Position numbers and translations under genes: made by a program. Shown in pieces: positions 28,476 through 37,453 of a stretch of 59,773 nucleotides of DNA. A model generated the notes under the pieces. That model saw only the letters and a list, made by a program, of their open reading frames with translations. It did not search any database and was not told where the DNA came from. Numbering within the stretch: the first letter of the stretch is position 1; each line of letters opens with the position of its first letter. Source of the stretch: an uncultured virus (IMG/VR IMGVR_UViG_3300023105_000006) (lineage: Duplodnaviria; Heunggongvirae; Uroviricota; Caudoviricetes); IMG/VR virus record IMGVR_UViG_3300023105_000006; one strand, 5' to 3'.

Positions 28476-29996
28476 TTAAAGTTGTATTACAAGTTTGATG
28501 TCTTCAGTACCAAGTCTGTTACGTGTAGTTGCAGGTTGGTTGTTAATGAAAAGTACTTCACCAGAGTAATTATCTATATCAGGATTAAATGATGTATATC
28601 CATTTGCGCCTGCACCTGCTGGTAGGGTATCAGTGTTATAGATACCAAAAATAGATGTCGTACTTAGGTCATTGTTACCATCAATAGTAATAGTTTCACC
28701 AGAATCAAATGGTGTAAATCCTGTATATTCGTCTTGATGGTACCATAATGTATCTGAATCATCATACCATGTTAAATAAGCTTTGGCACCGGCATTTGTG
28801 CCAGTGGTTTGATTAATAAGTGTATTATCACTAAATGTTAATGCATATCCAGTAGATGGATCTCCAACGGCTCCTGCTGGCTTTGGACTAATTCTTAATT
28901 TTTTAAGACCAAGGCCTTCAGCATTTGTAAATAAATTATTTGAACCATATTGTCTTGGATTTTTAATAAGACCAATTTGTTTGTAATTTTGGTCAATTAC
29001 GAACTTGCTATTTTGAGTGCCAGTGGGTTTAACGTTAAACATAATAGCTCTAGTTTTAAGATCAACTGTGGGATCGGCTCCCATACCAGAGTCTTGAGCG
29101 AATACAGGATAAATTGTAGGTGCAGCACCAGAAACCAAGTAAGTATTATCTACCTCAACATTGGCATATTTGTAATTACTACCCATATAGGTTGACAAAC
29201 TACCATAACCAGTTGCTCCTGCATTAGCTGAGTCTCCTACCTCAACCGCCACAATAGTTGCGTTTCCTGAAGTTGCTGACATAATAGGTCTTGCAGTTGC
29301 ACCAGAACCATTTCCAACTACAGTCAAAGATGGTGCTTGTGAATATTGTGCTGCAGCACCAGCTTGATTAGCAACGACTCTATACCCAATAATTTGCCCT
29401 GCAATGGCTGCATCCTGTACAGCTTTTTGTGGAGCTTCAGGTGCAGTAGCAGCTGCAGAATCAACATACTTTACGGGCATCCACGTATCAGTAAGATAGT
29501 TGTTAGCATCAGTTGTTGTAATAGTATAAAGATATTTCCATACATATCCATCAGACTCAATAGGCAATGTGGTATCAGTATGATCAGGTTTTACCGTTGA
29601 TTCAACATGTGTACCAACCGCGTTTTTACCATGCCTAATACAAACATATACATTGTTATCATTTGTACGTACATAAAATCTTGGGTCCTGTTGAAGATTA
29701 TCAGCATATTGAAAATACTTAGTATTAGTACTCCAGGTTTCAATAGGTACTACAAATGATACAGCTTCGGCTAATTTTACAGATTGAAGAGACATTCTAA
29801 AACTACGTTCATCCCAATCAGATGGATCAGGATCATATACTGAGTTTGTACCCCCAATTTCTATATTATATGGTTGAGATTTACTTAAACCAATGTAATA
29901 GTAATTATTTGAATCACCAATGTTTTCAACATTGTATTGATCAAGCAAATCCTGTATAAAAAGTTTTTTTAATTTTTTAGTAATAATTGCTACCAT
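28476..29996 (-). CDS. gp8: Baseplate wedge subunit gp8
   Basis: FYV...NNVYVC...STVKP....DGYVWKYLYTI; QIGLIKNP; SGEVLFINN...R....EDIKLVIQL. Confidence 0.9.
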   Translation of the reverse strand: MVAIITKKLKKLFIQDLLDQYNVENIGDSNNYYYIGLSKSQPYNIEIGGTNSVYDPDPSDWDERSFRMSLQSVKLAEAVSFVVPIETWSTNTKYFQYADNLQQDPRFYVRTNDNNVYVCIRHGKNAVGTHVESTVKPDHTDTTLPIESDGYVWKYLYTITTTDANNYLTDTWMPVKYVDSAAATAPEAPQKAVQDAAIAGQIIGYRVVANQAGAAAQYSQAPSLTVVGNGSGATARPIMSATSGNATIVAVEVGDSANAGATGYGSLSTYMGSNYKYANVEVDNTYLVSGAAPTIYPVFAQDSGMGADPTVDLKTRAIMFNVKPTGTQNSKFVIDQNYKQIGLIKNPRQYGSNNLFTNAEGLGLKKLRISPKPAGAVGDPSTGYALTFSDNTLINQTTGTNAGAKAYLTWYDDSDTLWYHQDEYTGFTPFDSGETITIDGNNDLSTTSIFGIYNTDTLPAGAGANGYTSFNPDIDNYSGEVLFINNQPATTRNRLGTEDIKLVIQL

Positions 29997-30006
29997 GGTT
30001 TATCTC

Positions 30007-30984
30007 TTATGTAAATGTTAAGTATGTAGATGTTGGATCGTTAAGAACTATCCATTCAGTTCCATCCCACACTAATGAAGCTGATCCATACCTTGCTACA
30101 GCAAATGTATTATGTGGTCCTAAGTTACTACCTGTCTTAGTAATTGTTGCCGTGCCTGTGTTTTTATTGACAAAGGTTTTCTTTTGACCTACTGTAGTAC
30201 CATTTGGCATGGTTGCGGCAATTGATGCACTGTGATTAAAAATAGTAAGGGGGGATTTCATATATGCCGCTAGTGTAGGAGCAGCAGAATCAATAGAATT
30301 ATTACCCAATACTAAAGATGAATTAAGATTAATTTGTCCAGTGCCCTTAGCATTAATATCTAGGCCTACGTTAGTATCACTACCAACAGCAGCAATTTTT
30401 GGTTTATTACTTGTTGCTGCATTAGAAACCTGAATTGAATTAGCCGAACCTACTGTTACAAATCTAATAATGTCAGATCCTGCAGAATCTCTTAGAGACT
30501 GTTGAATATTGGGTCTATAAATTGTCGGACTAGTAAGTGTTTTATTGGTTATGGTTTGTGTATCGGTCGTACCAACCACAGCACCAGAAGGAATTGCTTT
30601 GGCAGAAGCTGCACCATCAACAACTCCAGAACCATTAGTAATTACAAAACTAGAAGCTGGCAAACCGGATATATCATTATCATCCGCACTAATGGTTTTA
30701 TTAGTAATTGTCTGTGTTGCCGTATCAACTAATAATGTACCACCAGTATTTGGCAGGTCAATAGATACAAGTGATGTGCCTTCAACAAAACCAAGTCTTG
30801 TATTGTATGATAATCCCAAGAAGGTAACACCACTATCGGTTAATCTTGTTGATCCACCAACGTCACCACCAACGGTCGAATACAACTCAGCAAAGTTTTC
30901 ATTTATTTTGGTACCAGCAACACGTAATGTATCACCTGTGCCATCATTAGCAACTGTACCTGTGTTAATAATTTGTCTAGCCAT
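30007..30984 (-). CDS. gp9: Baseplate tail-fibre connector (gp9/gp10 N-terminal family)
   Basis: MARQIINTGTVANDGTGDTLRVAGTKINENFAELY is the gp9/gp10 N-terminal signature. Also TQTITNKT repeats. Confidence 0.75.
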   Translation of the reverse strand: MARQIINTGTVANDGTGDTLRVAGTKINENFAELYSTVGGDVGGSTRLTDSGVTFLGLSYNTRLGFVEGTSLVSIDLPNTGGTLLVDTATQTITNKTISADDNDISGLPASSFVITNGSGVVDGAASAKAIPSGAVVGTTDTQTITNKTLTSPTIYRPNIQQSLRDSAGSDIIRFVTVGSANSIQVSNAATSNKPKIAAVGSDTNVGLDINAKGTGQINLNSSLVLGNNSIDSAAPTLAAYMKSPLTIFNHSASIAATMPNGTTVGQKKTFVNKNTGTATITKTGSNLGPHNTFAVARYGSASLVWDGTEWIVLNDPTSTYLTFT

Positions 30985-31011
30985 TTATCTGCCTACCAAT
31001 TTTCTTTGTAT

Positions 31012-31019
31012 TATTTATA
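31012..31019 (-). promoter_or_regulatory. T4-type late promoter TATAAATA
   Basis: Exact match immediately upstream of the gp9-like gene. Confidence 0.75.
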
Positions 31020-31595
31020 CTACCACCACTGAGTAATTCCGTGATATCCTATGGAATCTGTACCAACTAATGCTCTACCTATAGAATCAAAATCATTTAT
31101 ACTATCATATTTTGTATACCATTTATTTTGATCAAACCTAGAAGTCAAAACACTTGGTTGTGATAAAGTATTGTAGGGTAAAATATGTTTTCTTATCCAA
31201 TTATCTTGTTCAAATGTATTAGAGTTATTACCAGCTTTAAAATTTAAAATAGCCTGCACATCATTTGTACTTACTGTTGCTGTATTTGTAATATCAGCTT
31301 TTTGGTATATACCCACCAATTCCTGTAAAAAGGTCCAGCGTTCAGGCAATGATGTAGCACCATTTACTAATGATGTTATCTGGGCTGCAACACTGTCATA
31401 AAAACCGTTTCCATAATCATCCTCATCCATAAACACAGCATCACTAAATTCCGCATCGGAATTTGTATCACTATCATCAAAGGTTACACCACTAGGATCA
31501 AAGAGTTCTTCAAGATCAAAACCTTCAAAAGCTTCCAAGCCATAATTTTCAAGATCATCAATTTTTTGATATACAACTTGTCTTCGGAATCCCAT
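31020..31595 (-). CDS. Acidic baseplate-associated protein (possibly the C-terminal part of a split gp7)
   Basis: 191 aa, D/E-rich, TAATG-coupled to the gp7-like gene. Confidence 0.65.
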   Translation of the reverse strand: MGFRRQVVYQKIDDLENYGLEAFEGFDLEELFDPSGVTFDDSDTNSDAEFSDAVFMDEDDYGNGFYDSVAAQITSLVNGATSLPERWTFLQELVGIYQKADITNTATVSTNDVQAILNFKAGNNSNTFEQDNWIRKHILPYNTLSQPSVLTSRFDQNKWYTKYDSINDFDSIGRALVGTDSIGYHGITQWW

Positions 31596-32443
31596 TATTC
31601 TTCCTCGATTGTTGTTACACTTACATAGGCATCAGGCTGGGTAGTAGCAATTGATGTAGATGCTGTAAATGTAGTAAGTTCTTCGCCTGGACCAAATTCC
31701 ATAGTATAACTTATACCCTCTTCTTCAGAGAATGGTGTAAATAGGCCAACATTGGTATCACCATCATAATCCCAGTTTTCATTTACAACTTCAATGAGAA
31801 CCTCTGATCCAATATAAAAACCTGCTGGATGAGCAAAGAGTTTATAAACATCTACCCACTGATCAATAGGAATATTAACCCTAATCAAAATTGAAAGTAC
31901 TTGATATAATTTATCATCAGTAATATATTTAAAGGATTCGGGTCCGAGTGTTGAAGCAGGTTGCTTAATCTGTTCGCCGTTAGTATTTGTGGCATTTAAT
32001 TCATAATCAATTTCAGGTCCAACTTTGAAAATACTTTCTTTAGGATAAATGATTACCGGGTCTACACCAAAGAATCCCCTAAAAAATTGTTCAATGGAAT
32101 ACTTAGTACCTTTAGAACGATATAAAAGATTACTAAATTTTATGGCTTCTCTTTTATTGAGGAAACCACCAAAGTAGGCATTACCTAATAATAATTCATC
32201 TTCTAAAAATTCAAGCAAAGATTCTGAAACAATAGTTACATCTCTTTTTTCATTTAGTCTGTGTATCTTATCTTCAAAGCCATCCTGCTTATCTAACCAC
32301 TCATAGTATAGTTCCAATAAACGAATTAGCTTAGGATAATCATCTTGAAAGTAAGCAGGCAGAAGTTTTTTTACTTCAGACCTGTGAAGATTTAAATTAT
32401 TTCTTTTATTGTCTAAAAGTGTCTTATCGCCCGAATGACTCAT
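31595..32443 (-). CDS. gp7: Baseplate wedge initiator gp7-like (short form)
   Basis: LP.YF.DDYP.LI.LLE.YYEWL...LYRSKGT..SI..FFR.FFG...KLFAHPAGF. Follows gp6. Confidence 0.75.
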   Translation of the reverse strand: MSHSGDKTLLDNKRNNLNLHRSEVKKLLPAYFQDDYPKLIRLLELYYEWLDKQDGFEDKIHRLNEKRDVTIVSESLLEFLEDELLLGNAYFGGFLNKREAIKFSNLLYRSKGTKYSIEQFFRGFFGVDPVIIYPKESIFKVGPEIDYELNATNTNGEQIKQPASTLGPESFKYITDDKLYQVLSILIRVNIPIDQWVDVYKLFAHPAGFYIGSEVLIEVVNENWDYDGDTNVGLFTPFSEEEGISYTMEFGPGEELTTFTASTSIATTQPDAYVSVTTIEEE

Positions 32444-34444
32444 TTAGTTCTCCGCTGTTACCAATACAGCATTCACCGAAGATCTATTTGGATCATAAAC
32501 CAAAAGATCGTTTCTAATTGGCGTAATGGCACTTTGGTTTGCAGGCACTGCTGACAAAGCTATTTGAGTATCTGTACCTGAAATAGTAGATGGAATAAAG
32601 TAATCAATAGTAACTTTGTTATCCTGCCAGGTACCAACACCCTCTAATACGGTGAGCCCTGAACCGGCATTAATAATATTGATTGTTCTACTATTAAGAG
32701 CATTTCTCAATTGGCAGTTAATACCATTGTAAACAAAAGTATTACTTGTTATAATATATTGATCATTATCGGGTTCTGATAATGGCACTGGATATATAAT
32801 TTGTTGTACATTTGATATAGCGGTAGTTGACAGTGTAGTGCGAATCGATGTATAGTTCTGTGATGAGAAATCCAAAAGGAAATTGGCCGCGCCATTATAG
32901 TTTCTTGAATTTACTAGTTTGACAACATAATCAAGTTCGGCACCTGTAAGATTGCCAGTATCAGTAATATTATTAATTACAGTTACTAGATTAGGATTAG
33001 TTGGGGTAAATCTTCTCTGCATTCTAATATCAGCACGAGATGATAGCACAGCAGTGTTTACATCATCAATCAAAGATAACATATTTGATCTTCTAAATGA
33101 ACTATTAAAAACACCCGTAGTATTAGTAAAATAATTGCTGACTACTGTGTTTACTTCATCTTTTACAGTATTAGATGTTTTATCGGTTTTAGTTGGGTTG
33201 AATTGGAAATATGTGTCAACCTCAATATAAGTAGTAACAGGATCTGCAAATCTTAGATTAAATGACGCTACAGCAAGTTGTTCGGCAAGACTTACTATAC
33301 CTTGTTTAACTGATTGTATTGTACTATCTGAAATACCATCCTCAAATAGTATAGAAGTGAACACGGCACCAAATTCAGGCTGAGCTGCATCTTCACCACC
33401 CCAAGAAATAATATCCTTAATGAGTGAGGAATAGTTTTTAAGAATCAAAGACGAATAGTCAGCAGCTGTCACCATACGGTTTTGAGATGCATATGAGAAT
33501 GGAGCATTTTTTCTAATTGATTCTATAGATTCTTTTGGCTTGCCACCAACACTTCTTTGAAGGGTCGTAGTAATCAAATCAACTGTAATTGAATTATCAC
33601 CACCTGTTGTATATTGTTGCGCAGCAGTAAATCTATTAGCACCATTCGCTTCAGCTCCTGAAGTGGAAAGATAAATCACTTCTATCTTAGCACCTGATGT
33701 GGGAGCAATACCAAACGTATTACCATCACCAAAAGACAATTCAAAATAACCATTAGGTGATTCTCTTAAGATGTAAACTTTGGTACTTGCGTTAATAGTT
33801 GTTGCATTAAGAATATTTGTATAGTCTGTAAATTCACTTGAAGTAGCATCTGGATAAACCCTTACGGTAACACTATCGGCAAATAAACCTGTATCTGGAA
33901 TTACGTATACGGGATTATCCTGATATTCACCTACAAGAAATGTTTTAGTTTTAAGTGTGCCCTCATAAATTGTAATTTCATTAAGACCAAGATCAGTCTT
34001 AAATTCATAAAAACCATTTCCATCATCAGTAGCAACATATGGCTCAATTGTAAGAAATGTATATGTTTCATTATCAACTGTTGCATTAAACTGAGTATAG
34101 GCCGGAAGAGTTACTGGTGATTCACGTGGTGTAGTAGAAGTTGTATAATATACTCTAACACGGCCCTGAGAAGCTGTTGCAGAGTCGGGTATGTAACCAA
34201 TGCCTTCTGCCAAAGAGATAGCGGAACTTCTTAATTGAGCAGTTGATAAGTATGATTCATTAAGAGCAAAGTTTGCCAAGAGGCCATTCATATGTGTATT
34301 ATGTGCCAACACATCTAGAATGTTTGAAAGACCGGATGCTTCGAAATCATAGTCCGCAAACTCTTCACTATTTTGCAAATAGGTTTTTAGATTATTCTTT
34401 AAAGAATTAAAATCTAATGATGATGATTTTATTGTTGTTGCCAT
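32444..34444 (-). CDS. gp6: Baseplate wedge subunit gp6
   Basis: LDFNSLKNNLK.YL....EF.DYDFE.SGLS.ILDVLA.NTH; FGDG..G..P; ESIESIRKNAP..YASQNR.VTA.DY. Confidence 0.95.
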   Translation of the reverse strand: MATTIKSSSLDFNSLKNNLKTYLQNSEEFADYDFEASGLSNILDVLAHNTHMNGLLANFALNESYLSTAQLRSSAISLAEGIGYIPDSATASQGRVRVYYTTSTTPRESPVTLPAYTQFNATVDNETYTFLTIEPYVATDDGNGFYEFKTDLGLNEITIYEGTLKTKTFLVGEYQDNPVYVIPDTGLFADSVTVRVYPDATSSEFTDYTNILNATTINASTKVYILRESPNGYFELSFGDGNTFGIAPTSGAKIEVIYLSTSGAEANGANRFTAAQQYTTGGDNSITVDLITTTLQRSVGGKPKESIESIRKNAPFSYASQNRMVTAADYSSLILKNYSSLIKDIISWGGEDAAQPEFGAVFTSILFEDGISDSTIQSVKQGIVSLAEQLAVASFNLRFADPVTTYIEVDTYFQFNPTKTDKTSNTVKDEVNTVVSNYFTNTTGVFNSSFRRSNMLSLIDDVNTAVLSSRADIRMQRRFTPTNPNLVTVINNITDTGNLTGAELDYVVKLVNSRNYNGAANFLLDFSSQNYTSIRTTLSTTAISNVQQIIYPVPLSEPDNDQYIITSNTFVYNGINCQLRNALNSRTINIINAGSGLTVLEGVGTWQDNKVTIDYFIPSTISGTDTQIALSAVPANQSAITPIRNDLLVYDPNRSSVNAVLVTAEN

Positions 34445-34445
34445 A

Positions 34446-34889
34446 CTATCTCAACCTTGATAAAGCAGTTGTTGTTGAAATTACTTCTCTACTATTCATT
34501 ACTCTAAAAGTAACTGTCACATATATTGAGTTATAATCAGTACCATCTTGTATAGAAACGTCCAATACATTTGCACGTGGTTCATATACATTTATGGTTT
34601 TAATGATATCTTTTTTCAAAATAATATTAGTTGAACTACCAGCCAATTCAAAAAGTAGATTTATTAGGTTGCCACCAAAGTCGGGGTTAAATGGTTTTTC
34701 AAATTTGTTAGTAAGAAGAAGATTTCTAATGGCCTGCTTTACTGCGGCCGCTTCTTTTTTCTTTCTAAGTTCACCATTATCCTTAATGGCAAAGGTAAGA
34801 TCAATATCAGAAAATGGCACACTTCTGGCGGCCCGTATTGTACCGACATTTAAATTACCATCTTCTGCTGATTTTACTCTTGTTACCAT
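34446..34889 (-). CDS. gp25: Baseplate wedge subunit gp25
   Basis: FSDIDL.F...AVKQAIRNLLLT...EKPFNPDFG..L..LLFE...YEPR motif. Confidence 0.95.
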   Translation of the reverse strand: MVTRVKSAEDGNLNVGTIRAARSVPFSDIDLTFAIKDNGELRKKKEAAAVKQAIRNLLLTNKFEKPFNPDFGGNLINLLFELAGSSTNIILKKDIIKTINVYEPRANVLDVSIQDGTDYNSIYVTVTFRVMNSREVISTTTALSRLR

Positions 34890-34906
34890 GTCTCAACCTT
34901 TAGTCT

Positions 34907-34914
34907 TATTTATA
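34907..34914 (-). promoter_or_regulatory. T4-type late promoter TATAAATA overlapping the gp5 stop codon
   Basis: Exact match upstream of gp25. Confidence 0.7.
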
Positions 34915-37453
34915 AGCTTAAATATGGATTTTCTCGTTTGCGATTCTTATTTATGTGAGGTACCCAATCATTTTCGACACTCTCACCCGCCCAAGACTCT
35001 GTTGCTTTCCACCACCTTGCTGGGCCCATATCAATGTGTATAAAGTTATATTCACCAGTCTCTGGATAAAACCCAAAGCCCTGGAAACCTACCGTAAGTG
35101 CATTGTTAATAAATAATTTCTTTTGATCATTAGACCAACCAGCAACACTTATATCAAAGGCTTTACCTTTTAAATGCTGAGAGGTTTTTTTTCTACTACC
35201 TTTAGTTTTGGGAAGTATACCTTGTGGTGTTGTATAGATTTGAAAGTTGCATAAAGACATAAGATCACTAAATTCGTTTTCAAGAATTTTAAGCAATACT
35301 TCTTCAGCATTATCAGATAGGTTTCTCAATACCCATTGGTCTTTAATATATTTACGATCAATAGTTGAATTCTTTATTGATACTTTATAATCAAATGTTT
35401 TATTATTTTTTATTTCTTCAGTATATGGTATGGGTGTAATTTCTTTCTTATTTGCTTGTAGTTCTATAAACTCGTTTTGCGATACTATCTCACCATTAAA
35501 TTTGGTATTAATTTTTTGTTTAAAATCTCCCTGATAGTCCTGATTTAATTCAGGTAGATAGATAGCCATTCTAGCATTATATTCATCATCCACAATATTA
35601 ATATTATCATATTCAAGAGAAATGATATCAAATGGTATTCTGTCTTTAAGAAATACAGCAAGATCATACATTTGGGTTGGATTAGATTTACCTGTGGTTT
35701 TATCAACAATATCATATATTACCAATCGACCCTTAATTTTTAAATCAGTGTCAGATCCGGTATCAAATATTTCGAATTCACCAGGTCTGTAAATACTTTC
35801 AACTGGTTTTACAATAAGATTTTTCAATAACGTTTTTTCATTATTAACTATTTCAAGTATGTTTGCATGTATTGTTAAATACTTTGCAATTTGTCGTTTG
35901 ACTTCTTGGTCTCTGATAAAATCAATGTTTGTTGGATCTTTGGTACCCAAGAAAGTTGCCATTGTAATATTTTTTGACAACTTGGTACGAGACGTTATAT
36001 CTCCGAGATTTAAATAATTAAATTCTGGATCTGGTATAATATTTTTAGTAGGAATTTTTGTAGATGTTGATACTGTATTAGTCTGCCCACTAGGACCAAA
36101 TGAAGTAGTACCAACAACAGGCGATGTCTCTCTTTGTGTTGATCTACCATAACCAGCTGGTGTTTTTTCTTCAAAATAACTATTGTTGATTAATTGATTT
36201 TTAAGAATAAATTCAAGGAAGGCTTTGTTCTCAGCATTCTTTTTATTTCTAAGTCTTGATCTAATTAAGTCAGGTGTCACCTCATCAATATTATAGAGAA
36301 TGCCACCAGTATCTACTTTAGGGTCAATTTTGTTTTTAATGTAATTATTATTGTCTACCTTGACCTTACGAATACCGCCATTAAGTTTTGTAAGATATTC
36401 GGCTACCGAAGATGCATCTGGTACAGCATAGTTTGCTGCATTTACATCCTCAATGTTTGCGGGCACAGCTGTATTTGTATTTGTCCAATTTTCTGCTGCT
36501 CCTGCCAGACCAGTTGGTGCAGCTCCTGCTGTAGCAGCAAATACTGATGTGTCTGCCGAAATTGCTTCATCAGCTCTACCTGTTAGATCTCCATGAAATG
36601 TTGGAGCCTTGACTCCTTGATCAAATACAGCTCCATTGCCGACAAAGTCAACAGCAGTACCGCCAATAATACCCGTGCCACCCTGCACAGTCATATTATT
36701 AGCAGATAGGTTCATATCGTCTGCAGACTGAGCCAAGATGCCCTCTGTTGTCATGTATAGATTTCCACCTACAAAGGTTTTCATATCATTCTCAACAAGA
36801 TGAGTAGATACACCCTTTACCATATGATCATGATTGGCCAACATCAATTCTGTTACCTGTTGAGTATAGACCTCAAATGATGGGCCGTTTACAATATTCT
36901 CTTGACCAAGACTTTTTGATTTGCTAAAGCCACTAATGTTTTCAGTTTTGTTTCCTCTGGTCTTTACATTAAAATTCATACAATTTATGTTAAAATCACC
37001 TGTTACATTTAGTTCAAGGTTACCACCATAATTAATTGTACCGTCTCCAGTAATTGTAATAAATTGATCACCACCCGTAACTTGAATACTATTTTTAATT
37101 GTTGAAATAGAGATAGAACCATCCTTACCTATTTCTACACCTGCACCTGTAGTGTGTTTTATAATGATACGTTCAGCACCTGGTGTATCATCCATTTCAA
37201 AGCTGTGGCCTGAAAAGCTTTTTTGTACTTGATTAAGGGGATATTCAGATTGAATCAAATCTGTATTATCAATAGGTATTCCATCAATTGCGCCATTATA
37301 ATAAAGTTCTGTCCTTTTATTACCTAAGGCTTCTTTAGAATAATTAAAAGCACCAACATAATCAATGGTGGGGTAAGTACCTGTAATATCTTCATGCTGA
37401 TTATTTTTTTGATTCTGCGCTGCAGTTTTGGCTAGATTGCTTTTACTTAACAT
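34910..37453 (-). CDS. gp5: gp5-like central spike, C-terminal part (beta-helix) fused to a peptidase M15-type domain
   Basis: YP.NQV..S.SGH.FE.DDTPG.ERI...H..G is the gp5 C-terminal-half motif. C-terminal SQHLKGKAFDI...GFGFY...FIHID is an intact M15 H-x6-D...H motif. Confidence 0.85.
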   Translation of the reverse strand: MLSKSNLAKTAAQNQKNNQHEDITGTYPTIDYVGAFNYSKEALGNKRTELYYNGAIDGIPIDNTDLIQSEYPLNQVQKSFSGHSFEMDDTPGAERIIIKHTTGAGVEIGKDGSISISTIKNSIQVTGGDQFITITGDGTINYGGNLELNVTGDFNINCMNFNVKTRGNKTENISGFSKSKSLGQENIVNGPSFEVYTQQVTELMLANHDHMVKGVSTHLVENDMKTFVGGNLYMTTEGILAQSADDMNLSANNMTVQGGTGIIGGTAVDFVGNGAVFDQGVKAPTFHGDLTGRADEAISADTSVFAATAGAAPTGLAGAAENWTNTNTAVPANIEDVNAANYAVPDASSVAEYLTKLNGGIRKVKVDNNNYIKNKIDPKVDTGGILYNIDEVTPDLIRSRLRNKKNAENKAFLEFILKNQLINNSYFEEKTPAGYGRSTQRETSPVVGTTSFGPSGQTNTVSTSTKIPTKNIIPDPEFNYLNLGDITSRTKLSKNITMATFLGTKDPTNIDFIRDQEVKRQIAKYLTIHANILEIVNNEKTLLKNLIVKPVESIYRPGEFEIFDTGSDTDLKIKGRLVIYDIVDKTTGKSNPTQMYDLAVFLKDRIPFDIISLEYDNINIVDDEYNARMAIYLPELNQDYQGDFKQKINTKFNGEIVSQNEFIELQANKKEITPIPYTEEIKNNKTFDYKVSIKNSTIDRKYIKDQWVLRNLSDNAEEVLLKILENEFSDLMSLCNFQIYTTPQGILPKTKGSRKKTSQHLKGKAFDISVAGWSNDQKKLFINNALTVGFQGFGFYPETGEYNFIHIDMGPARWWKATESWAGESVENDWVPHINKNRKRENPYLSL

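Noticed and set aside
2..34444. DS(A) motifs as evidence of a Bacteroidetes host doing the glycosylation
   Set aside because: That system acts on exported proteins, whereas virions assemble in the cytoplasm. The strong AAGGAG SD sequences and TTGACA promoters do not fit Bacteroidetes, and many sites are DSD/DSG/DSN, outside that sequon.
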